Of a DNA stretch of 31,750 bases, positions 9,409-18,126 are shown in pieces. Made by a program: the position numbers and the translations under genes. Location of the stretch: positions 1 to 31,750 of the IMG/VR virus record IMGVR_UViG_3300020042_000990; one strand, given 5' to 3'. Within the stretch, counting starts at the first letter, position 1. Every line of letters starts with the position of its first letter. This DNA comes from a virus (taxonomy: Duplodnaviria > Caudoviricetes). The notes under the pieces are model-generated. The model did no database searches and had not been told where the DNA came from. It saw only the letters and a list, made by a program, of their open reading frames with translations.

Positions 9409-10950
9409 TTACGGGAGCGCTTTACCAGTAGGCGTGTTTGACGGTTGCAGCAACATACTTTGCATTTGCTGCTTAACCAACGCGGCCAGTGCCGGGTCTG
9501 TGCTCTCTAAAAGTTTAAGCGCTGTTGGGTCTTTGGCATAAGCGGTTATTAAAGAGGACAGCCCTTTTGAATCCGTCCCCATAAGTGCTGAGTACCTTTT
9601 GAGACCGACTTCCAAATTACCTTTACCAAGGTCACGCGCCATGCGCTCTATGCCGGAAGGCATATTGGCAACACGTTCTCTGGACTGGCGATCAAGTGCT
9701 GATTGCTGAATTGCTATATCGTTTGCAATTCCAGCGCGGGCATCCGTTCGGTTCTCACCGTAAATCTTCATACGGGCATCAATCTGGTACTGCTGCCCAG
9801 CCAATGACGCGTCCCGGATGTCTTTGTTTGCGGCGCGAACGGCACTCTTGTCCATCATGGACTGGTTCTGCTTCAGTTCGTCTGTGCGATCACGGGCCTC
9901 GTCCAGTTTTTCCTGCGCCGCTTTCAGGTCTTTGATGCCGGACTGGTACTGTTTGAGACCCACACCCGCACCTTGAGCAATACCAGCAAGCCCGGGACCG
10001 CGAGACTGCATCATTGCCAGACCCGCTTCGAGTAAAGCCATGCCGGTGTTGGCATCTTTGGACTTGTCCAACTCGGTTTGACGTTTGTTAGTACGCTCTT
10101 CCCGGCCTTGAAACTGGTTAGCGCGAGCTGCAATATCTGCTTGCAGTTCTGTTTTGGCATCAGTTGCGCCTTTGTTGCGCTCGCGTACAAGTGCGTCCAT
10201 CGCCACCTGCTCGGGATTTACGGTTGGCCCCATTGCTGTTTGTGCAGCCTTCAACCGGTCAAGGTACGACAAGCCTGCCGGAGCCGCAGGCGCAGGAGCA
10301 CGGGGAGCGCCGGTACCCGCACCGGGCGCACCAACAACAGGAGGAATTTCAACTTTGGGAACAGGCGGTGTGTCAGATGTAAGGCCCGCAGGGAAACGAA
10401 CATCTCCACGGGTAAACCCTTGGTCAGCCACAAGCTGTCTGTTACGCGCAGTTTGCTCTGACAAGGACTCCGGGGCTGGCACAACCCTATTAGCTTCCGC
10501 CTGCTCTTGTAAAGACTCGAAGCGTTTTTGCTCAACGGGGGTTATGTTGGACCGCAGCCACCTTTCAAACGCGCTTCCGCCGGATTGAAAATGCTGCACG
10601 TCACCGCCATCCCCAAACGCCACAATGCCACCCTCGGCCATGCCCTGCATGTTGGGCGCTGGGAGAGCGCCGATACCCACATCTTCTGGCATGGGCTGGG
10701 CTTGCGCTTGGGGCATTTGAGGCTGTGGGGGCGGTGCCATCATCCCGGCAATACCCTGATCGACCACTTTGGGCTGCGGTGCCATACCTTGCTGGCCCTG
10801 CGCGGCATCGCGCATCTGCTTGCGGCGGTTGGACTCGGACAGCGCCAGCGACACCGTGTACGGGTCGTTCTTGTGCATCATGGCGTACTGCTGCAACGCT
10901 TGATCTGGCATCTTGGCCAGTTGCGAGGTAATCTGATTGACGTTAATCAT
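9409..10950 (-). CDS. Putative internal virion or DNA ejection protein (513 aa)
   Basis: Q/P/M-rich N-terminus, triple MAEGG-FGDGG-FQSGG motif, coiled coils, Gly-rich hydrophobic patch (GMALLEAGLAMM...GLAGIAQGAGVG). Lies between the nozzle-like gene and the giant gene. Confidence 0.65.
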   Translation of the reverse strand: MINVNQITSQLAKMPDQALQQYAMMHKNDPYTVSLALSESNRRKQMRDAAQGQQGMAPQPKVVDQGIAGMMAPPPQPQMPQAQAQPMPEDVGIGALPAPNMQGMAEGGIVAFGDGGDVQHFQSGGSAFERWLRSNITPVEQKRFESLQEQAEANRVVPAPESLSEQTARNRQLVADQGFTRGDVRFPAGLTSDTPPVPKVEIPPVVGAPGAGTGAPRAPAPAAPAGLSYLDRLKAAQTAMGPTVNPEQVAMDALVRERNKGATDAKTELQADIAARANQFQGREERTNKRQTELDKSKDANTGMALLEAGLAMMQSRGPGLAGIAQGAGVGLKQYQSGIKDLKAAQEKLDEARDRTDELKQNQSMMDKSAVRAANKDIRDASLAGQQYQIDARMKIYGENRTDARAGIANDIAIQQSALDRQSRERVANMPSGIERMARDLGKGNLEVGLKRYSALMGTDSKGLSSLITAYAKDPTALKLLESTDPALAALVKQQMQSMLLQPSNTPTGKALP

Positions 10951-10959
10951 GGTTTACCC

Positions 10960-12063
10960 TTACGCCATTCTTGAAATTGCCAACTCAGCCAGACCGGCAG
11001 GGCGGTCTACTACTGCGCCGCCTGCGGCACCAAACAACCCAAGTTTAGACGCGCCAAGCGCTGCCGTACCCAGACCCGTTGCGGTGGACAAGGCCGATGG
11101 TGGAGGCTGATAAATCTGCGATGACGACTGTGACAGGGGCAGACCACGCAGCATGTCGGATTGAAAGCCCAACTGCTTGTACGGGTAGTTCTGCTGGTTC
11201 AAGAAGTCTTGATACCGTTGCGACAGGATGTTCTGTTGCTGCTGCTGTTGCTGCGTGCCATACGATTGCTGGAGCTTGTTGATGTCCATGCCCTGAGCAA
11301 ACTGCTGTTGGCCAAGCGTGCCCATCTGACCGGCACCTTGCAGCGCGGTTTGAATCCCTTGAAGACCAAGACCTGCACCGTACTGTTTGGACTGCTCTCC
11401 AAGCTGTTGCGCTTGCAGGCCAAGGTTAGAGCCAAACTGTCTGGATTGCTCTCCGTACTGTTGCGCTTGCATGCGACGGGCTTGGTCGGCGTTGTATTGG
11501 GCTTGTGCTTGATTGTACGCGTTCTGTAAACCTGTGGCTTGAATGTCGCCTTTTTGCATAGACAAATTCCGGGCAGCTTCCGCGTCCATAATTGCTTGGC
11601 GGGAGCCACCAAATGCACCTGCACCGGTAGCTTGAGCGTTGCGTCCTTGAGTGGCAATGTCGCCTTGACGTTGGGCTTCTCGTTGCTGGATGTCAACAAC
11701 ACTCTGCATGTACGGGGACATGTACTGCTGCGCGTCTTGTTGCCCAAACTGCCCGCCTTGAAACTGTGTCGGGGTAAAGCCCGTTTGAAACGTAGAGGGG
11801 TCATATCTTGTGTTCAAAGCACCTAGCGTAGCTGCGCCAGCATACTGCCCACCAAGACCCGTCAAGCCAGAAGTTTGCATACCCTGCGCACCTTGGAACG
11901 CCTGCTGCTGCATTGGGGTAAACCCTGCAATCCTGTCGGCACCATAGGTTTGATACGGGGTTTCTGTTAGCGCCTCTGTCTTACCCAGCAGTTTCTCAAC
12001 ATACGGCTTTGCGTAGTCGGGGATGCTTGTCTGCGTAATCTGTGTTTGTGTTGGCTCTGCCAT
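10960..12063 (-). CDS. Putative DNA ejection or pilot protein (367 aa, Gln-rich)
   Basis: AAGGAG RBS. YMSPYMQSVV and GAFGGSRQA motifs, Gln-rich helical body, hydrophobic Gly-rich C-terminus (ATGLGTAALGASKLGLFG), as expected for podovirus ejection proteins. Confidence 0.7.
   Translation of the reverse strand: MAEPTQTQITQTSIPDYAKPYVEKLLGKTEALTETPYQTYGADRIAGFTPMQQQAFQGAQGMQTSGLTGLGGQYAGAATLGALNTRYDPSTFQTGFTPTQFQGGQFGQQDAQQYMSPYMQSVVDIQQREAQRQGDIATQGRNAQATGAGAFGGSRQAIMDAEAARNLSMQKGDIQATGLQNAYNQAQAQYNADQARRMQAQQYGEQSRQFGSNLGLQAQQLGEQSKQYGAGLGLQGIQTALQGAGQMGTLGQQQFAQGMDINKLQQSYGTQQQQQQQNILSQRYQDFLNQQNYPYKQLGFQSDMLRGLPLSQSSSQIYQPPPSALSTATGLGTAALGASKLGLFGAAGGAVVDRPAGLAELAISRMA
11360..11470 (-). repeat. 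18-aa tandem repeat (2 copies) in the Gln-rich protein
   Basis: QAQQYGEQSRQFGSNLGL followed directly by QAQQLGEQSKQYGAGLGL. Confidence 0.8.
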
Positions 12064-12093
12064 TACATGCTCCTTGCGGGATTCGTCACTTGG

Positions 12094-14067
12094 TTATGCG
12101 GGCAGCAGTTTTGCTGCGCGGGAGTTCGTTGCCACTTTGTCTTTGCCAACTGTTTTCTTGCGGGCTTTCTGCACCCGGTCCATCATGGCGTACAACTGAC
12201 GAGCGCCCGCTTCGGTGGAGCCGTTACCCAGCTCAGACACAATGCGTGCGGGGATTACAAACTCACCATCGGCAAGACGGGCTTGCTGTTTCCGGCCAAT
12301 CATTGCAGGGATAGAGTCAGACACACCATCGCCGGGGCCACGCAATAGCCTGCCACCGTCAGAGTAATCGCCAAGGTTATACGTACCACCTTGGGCTAGC
12401 GCAAGTAAACCGCCGTTGGCTAACGCCATTAGACCGCCACGAGCCGCGTCTTCAACGCCACTATCATCGTTGGCAACGGAGTCAGTATCGACGTTACTAG
12501 CTGCTGCCGCAGCTTCCATACTGGCTTGTGACATCGCTGGCCCGGTTGTGCCACCTTGACCATCATAGTCGCCCTCTTGGTCGCCTAAAGTACCCATCAA
12601 GCCGCCGCCGTACGTATAAGACCCCGGTATTGCATCGAGGTCGTTATCTTGAACATCTTGGTTCCTACCAGAAACAATTGAGTCGTTAAGCGCTGTCCCC
12701 CTGCCTTCCACAGGCGCATAGTTATTTTGGCCCACTTGCTTGCCGCCAAACATATTTGCAAGATAACCAAGTGCAATGGGGGCAAAAGCGCCGGGAACCA
12801 TTCCTTTTATGGCGCCTGTTCCTAAAGCGGTTAAATTTGTTATAAATGCGTTTTTTGGGTCTGCGAAATACTCCGCTCTACCTTTGTCAGACAGTGCTGT
12901 CCACGCAGGGTTTGGATCAACGTTGGGGTCGCTACTTCCGCCGGAGTCAACAACAGCCCCGGACGGCAAAATAGTTGTGGCCCCTTCCCCACTGGGTTTG
13001 GTGTAAAGCCCCGTCCGAGGGTCGTAGATGTAACCGCCAACGGAGCCACCCGCTGCCATATACTCCGGGCCGGGAGCCTTGTATGGGCTAAGCGCTGTGT
13101 ACTGATCGTTAAAATATTGACGCTCTCTGGACGACATTGGGTCGTTTTCGGTACGGTCAAAAGCACTGGGAACTTTGGTACGGGCGTACGTGTAGGGGCG
13201 GATCATGCCCGGACTTTGCGGAGTCGGAACTTTTTTGTCATCCGAGGAGAGCGCAGCGATACCAAGTGCGCCAAGCGGCATGGCGTTCTGTTTGGCAAAC
13301 TTTAACGCCGCGTCGGAGCTAGAAGTAACGGCGTTGTATCCCGCACCAAGCCTGTCCATTGGGGTTTTATTGGCCAAGGCCTTGGCAACTGCTTGTTGCT
13401 GATTTTGTTCGTTCATAAACGCAGCAGCGTTCTGCTCACGTACGGTTTGCGCGGCCAACTCGGCGGGACTAAGTGTTGGCGTAACGGTTTGGACACCTTG
13501 CGCTGCGTTGACTGCGGGTACTGTCTGGACCACTCCTGTTGGATAGTAGGCGCTGGCCACTTCATTTGTCGTGCTACCAAAAAGATTGGGGGTTGCTGTT
13601 GCAGAAACCGCACTTGGAGTAGCCGCTACAGGAACTGCTTGAGGAACAATAGATTCTGCGGCAACTTGTGGTGCGCCTGCGCCAGCGGCGGAAGAAATTG
13701 CGCCCGTACCTGCGCCCATTAGACTTTCACCTAGTCCAGAGCCGCCATAAGCACCCAGACCGGCCATCAAGCCTTTTTCTAAGCTGCCGGAAGTAAGAGC
13801 AGTAATGCCGCCAACTGTCAGGCCCGCCATAGTGGAAGACATCAACCCAAAACCGGCAGGGCCAAGCGCAAAGCCCGCCACCATCGGCAAGATATTTTTC
13901 AAGAAGCCTGCTTCTGCCAGACCTGTCTCTGGATTGATGGTCAACGTGCCGCCGTGTTTGAGGGCAAGCGCTTGCAGACCCGCGACTTCTTCGGGAGCCA
14001 TGTGGACCAGCATGGAGTCTGACCCGCGACCAAGCGAAGCAAGTCCTTGTGCAGTTTGTTGGTTCAT
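12094..14067 (-). CDS. Putative internal virion or ejection protein (657 aa) with a tape-measure-like C-terminal module
   Basis: GAGGA RBS. N-terminal GRGSDSMLVHMAPEEV...INPETGLAEA motif, Gly/Ala hydrophobic stretch, low-complexity middle, C-terminal GPGDGVSDSIPA...ARLADGEFVIPA. Confidence 0.7.
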   Translation of the reverse strand: MNQQTAQGLASLGRGSDSMLVHMAPEEVAGLQALALKHGGTLTINPETGLAEAGFLKNILPMVAGFALGPAGFGLMSSTMAGLTVGGITALTSGSLEKGLMAGLGAYGGSGLGESLMGAGTGAISSAAGAGAPQVAAESIVPQAVPVAATPSAVSATATPNLFGSTTNEVASAYYPTGVVQTVPAVNAAQGVQTVTPTLSPAELAAQTVREQNAAAFMNEQNQQQAVAKALANKTPMDRLGAGYNAVTSSSDAALKFAKQNAMPLGALGIAALSSDDKKVPTPQSPGMIRPYTYARTKVPSAFDRTENDPMSSRERQYFNDQYTALSPYKAPGPEYMAAGGSVGGYIYDPRTGLYTKPSGEGATTILPSGAVVDSGGSSDPNVDPNPAWTALSDKGRAEYFADPKNAFITNLTALGTGAIKGMVPGAFAPIALGYLANMFGGKQVGQNNYAPVEGRGTALNDSIVSGRNQDVQDNDLDAIPGSYTYGGGLMGTLGDQEGDYDGQGGTTGPAMSQASMEAAAAASNVDTDSVANDDSGVEDAARGGLMALANGGLLALAQGGTYNLGDYSDGGRLLRGPGDGVSDSIPAMIGRKQQARLADGEFVIPARIVSELGNGSTEAGARQLYAMMDRVQKARKKTVGKDKVATNSRAAKLLPA

Positions 14068-14095
14068 GGAGTCCTCTGAAATCGGGGGTGGGTCG

Positions 14096-14104
14096 AGTTT
14101 ATCA
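14096..14104 (-). promoter_or_regulatory. Putative extended -10 promoter (TGATAAACT) before the ejection-protein module
   Basis: TG-n-TAAACT overlaps the upstream stop codon and is followed by a short leader containing the RBS. Confidence 0.4.
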
Positions 14105-14416
14105 TGGTACTACCTTTAACACGTTTGACGCTGATGTGTCGTAGTAAACGTCCCCAGTTTTGAGCTTGCCTAATGCTAGGTCCGCCTGTGTTGGAAGACT
14201 GACACGCAAAGTCCCAACGGTTACTCCGGGCTGGCTAAAACTGAGCGCAGTGGTAATCTTTCCGGCAACATTTTGCGTAGACGCCAGCATAGAGCCGGGG
14301 TTGTCTAGCTCGTTAAAGTACAGGCGTATGGAGCTAATCAACGCCTCCATATACTGCGGGTCGTATTCAGCCGGTGGGTTGGGTAAGCGCGGTGCGCGGA
14401 CTAGGGGGTTGCTCAT
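14102..14416 (-). CDS. Small putative tail protein downstream of the nozzle-like gene (104 aa)
   Basis: Closely coupled ORF. Pro-rich N-terminus, helix IRLYFNELD, beta-rich end GDVYYDT...LKVV. Function inferred from position only. Confidence 0.6.
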   Translation of the reverse strand: MSNPLVRAPRLPNPPAEYDPQYMEALISSIRLYFNELDNPGSMLASTQNVAGKITTALSFSQPGVTVGTLRVSLPTQADLALGKLKTGDVYYDTSASNVLKVVP

Positions 14417-14418
14417 TT

Positions 14419-16593
14419 TTACCTTCTTCCGTCTGGACGCACGTCAATGGATGGCACGCCAAGCTGCCACTGCACGCCAAGCCCGTCGGAGCTTATTTTG
14501 AACGCCATCTGCCTGCCACGAACACGCACGTAGATGATCTGCGTAAACTGCTGCACCGTATAGTTTCGCTGTGCCTGATAGTTCTGGGTACTTGTAACGG
14601 CTGGAGTTGCGGCAGTGCTGTAGTTTGAACCGGGGTTCTGTCGTGGTCGCATAGTGAAAGTAACCGACGGATTATTAACAGACGAGCCATCAAACGTAAT
14701 ATCTGGAACCATCCGCCAAACAAACCCGTAGTTGTGCCCGTCGCCAATGTCAAAATCAGCGGACTGAATGTACGAACTAATAGCCGATGGCGGGTTGGTT
14801 GTGCCGTCATCTACACCATTCTCGTGATACACAAGTTTGTTACCGTAGGTAGTTGCCATAGGCTGAATCCGCAGAGGACTGTCTATCCACGCAGTACGGG
14901 CCAGAGTTCCGTAAGACCAGACTTTTTCAAGGTAGTTATAAATAACATAACTGTCAATTGTTGTTGACCCTGATGAGCAGTAGTACCACCAGACTTCATT
15001 AAATCCCTCATTGGTCCCTGAGAAAAACTGGAACGACTGAGATAAATTTATGTTGCCGTAAATATACTGACGAAGTGGGCAGTACAGCGTTTCCACCCGG
15101 CCAGAGTATATGTAGAACTTGTCTACACCCATCCAGTAAACAACATTGTTTGCCGTGGCCGTTGCGTTTGGACTAACAATGGATAAGTTGTCTGCAAGCA
15201 GTTGAAAACCCCATACATACGGGGGGCCAAGGTACTGCATGGAATAAATGGCGGCGTCCGTCCAGACCAAAATCTCTTGCCGAGCCTGTAGGGCGGAAAC
15301 GATCTGGGATCCGTGACTGAGTGTGTAGCTGCCTGCTTGGTTGGTAATAGCGGGTGTCCACTGCGTATAGTCTGATTGGTCTGACCAGCGTATCAGCATG
15401 GGGTTCTGGGTAGCGGAACCGTAGTCGTTTACACCAAAGCAAAGAACAAAGCGTGAAGCGTCCGACACCATGACAAAGTTACAGATGTCTGGGGTATCCC
15501 CGGCAGTGAGTAAGATTCCCCGGTCGTAAATATTTGGATTGGCGTTGGTGTTCCAGTAGTACAGCCCGCCGCCTCTTGGATTAAAGATCAAATCTTCGCC
15601 GTAGTTGGACTGACTCCAAAGACGAAGCTGCACGCCGATGCCAACACCAGAGGCCGCTGGTGATCCCCAACCTGTGCTTGTGTACCCGGTAGTAATGCCG
15701 CCCCAACCGCCAGCGCCCCAACCGACGTTTTGTGTGTAAACAGCGGAGCCGGTTGTGATTTGATACGCAGCCACTGTAGCCCCGCCGCCATTGCCGACAT
15801 CCGAGGCATTTGCTGCAATGGTAGAAGTGATTGTGTAAATGTTGTTGCTGGTAACAGTGGCTACGCGGTACTCTTTGTTAAGCACGGTAGCGGTAATTCC
15901 TGTGGTCAAAGCAAAAGTTTGAGTTCCTACCCCCACAGTTGTTATGTCAATTGCAACGCCGCCGGATGTTAAAGAAAGTTTGCACGAAGCTGCGGGTGTA
16001 TTACTATTAACAACAAAATAGGTAATGCCGGTTGACAACCCTGCTGGCGCGGATGTAGTTGTAAATAATTGGAGTGTTGTTCCGTTTGCAAGTGCCGTGG
16101 TAAAAATAATTGTGTCTGTAGCTATATCGGCTGTATAAGTTTGGGTGCTTAAGGCAATAGCGCCACTGTACGTAACAAAGTCCCCAGCTTGCGCCCCGTG
16201 CCCGGCATTGGTAACTGTTAGGGTGGTCGAGCCGTTAGCGGCTGAAAAAGTTACAGCCCCCGGAGCGGTGGTGAGTCGGATAGGGGTGATGTCGTAGAAC
16301 GTGCCACCCGTATCACTCTGGATGTAAAACTTGAGGTTAGTTCCAATGCCCAGCAGGTTGTAGTTAGACAGTGTGATCCAGTTCCACAAAGACCGGCAGA
16401 CGCCCCAGAACGATCCCGCAGGCGGAGCCAGCGTAGCATTTGATGTGCCCGTATCAGCAACCCATCCGCCAATCTTTTCTGGATAGCCCGAACGAAAACG
16501 AACTTTATCCATCTCAAAGTACGTGCCCTCGTTGGCAAGCGTAGTTGACTCTCGGTTTACACCGGGACGAAGTTTAAGTTTTTGCAGTGGCAT
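14419..16593 (-). CDS. Tail nozzle or stabilisation protein (T7 gp12 / P22 gp10-like beta-propeller) with inserted beta domains (724 aa)
   Basis: N-terminal LRPGVNRE...VRFRSGYPEKIGGW, propeller-type W/Y-rich blades (IRWSDQ, VYWMG..FYIYSG.V, EVWWYY, YNYLEKVWSYG), C-terminal RVRGRQ...DVRPDGRR. Size and position before the ejection genes fit. Confidence 0.75.
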   Translation of the reverse strand: MPLQKLKLRPGVNRESTTLANEGTYFEMDKVRFRSGYPEKIGGWVADTGTSNATLAPPAGSFWGVCRSLWNWITLSNYNLLGIGTNLKFYIQSDTGGTFYDITPIRLTTAPGAVTFSAANGSTTLTVTNAGHGAQAGDFVTYSGAIALSTQTYTADIATDTIIFTTALANGTTLQLFTTTSAPAGLSTGITYFVVNSNTPAASCKLSLTSGGVAIDITTVGVGTQTFALTTGITATVLNKEYRVATVTSNNIYTITSTIAANASDVGNGGGATVAAYQITTGSAVYTQNVGWGAGGWGGITTGYTSTGWGSPAASGVGIGVQLRLWSQSNYGEDLIFNPRGGGLYYWNTNANPNIYDRGILLTAGDTPDICNFVMVSDASRFVLCFGVNDYGSATQNPMLIRWSDQSDYTQWTPAITNQAGSYTLSHGSQIVSALQARQEILVWTDAAIYSMQYLGPPYVWGFQLLADNLSIVSPNATATANNVVYWMGVDKFYIYSGRVETLYCPLRQYIYGNINLSQSFQFFSGTNEGFNEVWWYYCSSGSTTIDSYVIYNYLEKVWSYGTLARTAWIDSPLRIQPMATTYGNKLVYHENGVDDGTTNPPSAISSYIQSADFDIGDGHNYGFVWRMVPDITFDGSSVNNPSVTFTMRPRQNPGSNYSTAATPAVTSTQNYQAQRNYTVQQFTQIIYVRVRGRQMAFKISSDGLGVQWQLGVPSIDVRPDGRR

Positions 16594-16598
16594 AATTC

Positions 16599-16607
16599 AT
16601 TTTCTCA
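16599..16607 (-). promoter_or_regulatory. Putative extended -10 promoter (TGAGAAAAT), possibly producing a leaderless mRNA
   Basis: Motif ends 5 nt before the ATG at 16593, and no good Shine-Dalgarno sequence is present. Confidence 0.35.
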
Positions 16608-16611
16608 CGTA

Positions 16612-17034
16612 TCAGGCAAAAGGTCGAGTGCCTGCTTTGTCTATGATAAGCGCCTGTCTGCGTGGGGTTCCGTCTGATGTGTTTGTCACGCTGATGTGCG
16701 TCCAAGCATCGAACTCACGGATGATCTGGTCAAAGGGTAAACCCGCAGCAATGACTGCCCTGACCACAGCATCAGGGGTCATACCGGGAACACGGAAGTC
16801 ACAAGCGGCTCCTACCCTATGTTGGCTGGAGTCTTTTGAACCAACCGAATCATTCACGGCCTTAGACCGGAACCCAGAGTTAATCATGATCGGCTTGCCG
16901 TCCAGCGCTTCTTTGACCTGCTCTAAGAACTCCGCAAGTCGTTGTAGGTTGGCGGTCTCGGCTTCGTTTGGCGTGTTGTCAAACTGCCTGTGACTGGTGG
17001 CGGTCAGTTCCGCAAGAGTGAAGTGTGGTGTCAT
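16612..17034 (-). CDS. Endolysin, peptidase M15A (Peptidase_M15_3) Zn metallopeptidase (140 aa)
   Basis: HFTLAEL start, INSGFRS...N..VG...SQHRVGAACD and WTHIS zinc-ligand motifs. ATGA overlap with the holin candidate. Confidence 0.9.
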   Translation of the reverse strand: MTPHFTLAELTATSHRQFDNTPNEAETANLQRLAEFLEQVKEALDGKPIMINSGFRSKAVNDSVGSKDSSQHRVGAACDFRVPGMTPDAVVRAVIAAGLPFDQIIREFDAWTHISVTNTSDGTPRRQALIIDKAGTRPFA

Positions 17035-17516
17035 TTTTTGCTCAACAAATCTGTCTTAGCCTGAGATCCTGCGGATGACCCAAAATAATACGCAATGATG
17101 CCCGTCCAAGCTGTGCCGAGACTTCCCAACATCATCAGGATGGCGGGGTTGCTGCTGTCCACTTTTCCAATGAACATCATTACCATAATTCCAAAAAAGC
17201 CCAGTGTGACTGTGCCTGCAAGTATTGGGGGCATCAGACTGCGGGTCTTGGACTGCATGTCCCGCGCTGATTTTCTATCCTCAACTTCCAGCTTTTCAAA
17301 GTTAAGACCAAGCTCCTGCGCCTGCTTTTGCAATTCAATCTCGGCAATCTTGACCTGAGCAATCTGGTCTGCCGTCAGCTTGTTGCTGGAGATCAGGTCG
17401 CCAACCTTCTCAGGATCAACGCCAATTGCTTTTGAGATGGCAGACACCGCCATGCCAGCCAGTGGGCCACCGAGTGCGGTAGCGATTGTCGGTGCGATTT
17501 GTTTTAGCCAGTCCAT
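17031..17516 (-). CDS. Putative holin (GTA 3TM-holin-like, 161 aa)
   Basis: Hydrophobic N-terminus (IAPTIATALGGPLAG), coiled coil ending EDRKSARDMQ, two TM helices and a YYFGSS tail. Directly upstream of the endolysin. Confidence 0.75.
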   Translation of the reverse strand: MDWLKQIAPTIATALGGPLAGMAVSAISKAIGVDPEKVGDLISSNKLTADQIAQVKIAEIELQKQAQELGLNFEKLEVEDRKSARDMQSKTRSLMPPILAGTVTLGFFGIMVMMFIGKVDSSNPAILMMLGSLGTAWTGIIAYYFGSSAGSQAKTDLLSKK

Positions 17517-18124
17517 TAACTTTTACTCCTTGATAGCATAGTTGCGGCGATCAACAGCATCGCACGGGTTTTTTCCATGTTGTCAGGCGGTGAGGCCCAT
17601 CCAACGGTGATCTGTCCTACAAATCTGCCCGGTTCGGGCGGAACGCTGATGCGGCATGTGTAGCCCACACCCTTCTCGATATACCAGATGCCCATCTCGC
17701 TCTGTGCGCTTGTGTATTCGCCACAGGGCACTTCGTTTGCCATGAGCTTGACCACATCGGCGTTGTTGGCTGAGTTCTGTGTAAACAGCCCCACGTCCAA
17801 CCCGTCGTTTGTCTTGTCCCGCCCATCTCTGGTGTAAGCCCTGTGCAAGATGCGAGTCCCAAACATTGAGTTCACCTTAAACACAGCAACAATGATAGCG
17901 CCTGACTGTTTAAACAAATGCGCCGCTGCGTCTTCAACCCTGTCCTCGGCAATGCTTGGAATCTTCTTAGACTCCTTGTACGCCCCTATCAGCAACTCTT
18001 GATTTGTATATACAAAGTACCCTGCAAACGTAAGCACTGCCATCAACACCATCGCAAACAAACGGAACGGGCTGGATACATACTCCAGCACTTTGTCAAT
18101 GATGCTTAACTGCTCTTTGCTCAC
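17516..18124 (-). CDS. Single-pass membrane protein with a GAF-like C-terminal domain; T4 T-type holin candidate (about 202 aa; ORF track starts at 18145)
   Basis: Amphipathic N-terminal helix, one TM segment (FRLFAMVLMAVLTFAGYFVY), then SGA...AV and GQITVGW...AATMLSRSK with two Cys. Located in the lysis cassette. The GTG start just after the upstream stop was preferred. Confidence 0.6.
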   Translation of the reverse strand: MSKEQLSIIDKVLEYVSSPFRLFAMVLMAVLTFAGYFVYTNQELLIGAYKESKKIPSIAEDRVEDAAAHLFKQSGAIIVAVFKVNSMFGTRILHRAYTRDGRDKTNDGLDVGLFTQNSANNADVVKLMANEVPCGEYTSAQSEMGIWYIEKGVGYTCRISVPPEPGRFVGQITVGWASPPDNMEKTRAMLLIAATMLSRSKS

Positions 18125-18126
18125 AA

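Noticed and set aside
12094-14067. Tape measure protein implying a long tail
   Set aside because: Only a short terminal module is similar. There are no long helical repeats, and no tail tube or baseplate genes are seen.
15755-16255. Ubiquitin-activating enzyme E1 FCCH-like annotation, hinting at a ubiquitin-like system with the GG motifs
   Set aside because: This small beta domain is a common decoration in phage tail proteins. No adenylation domain, E2 or beta-grasp protein ending in GG is seen.
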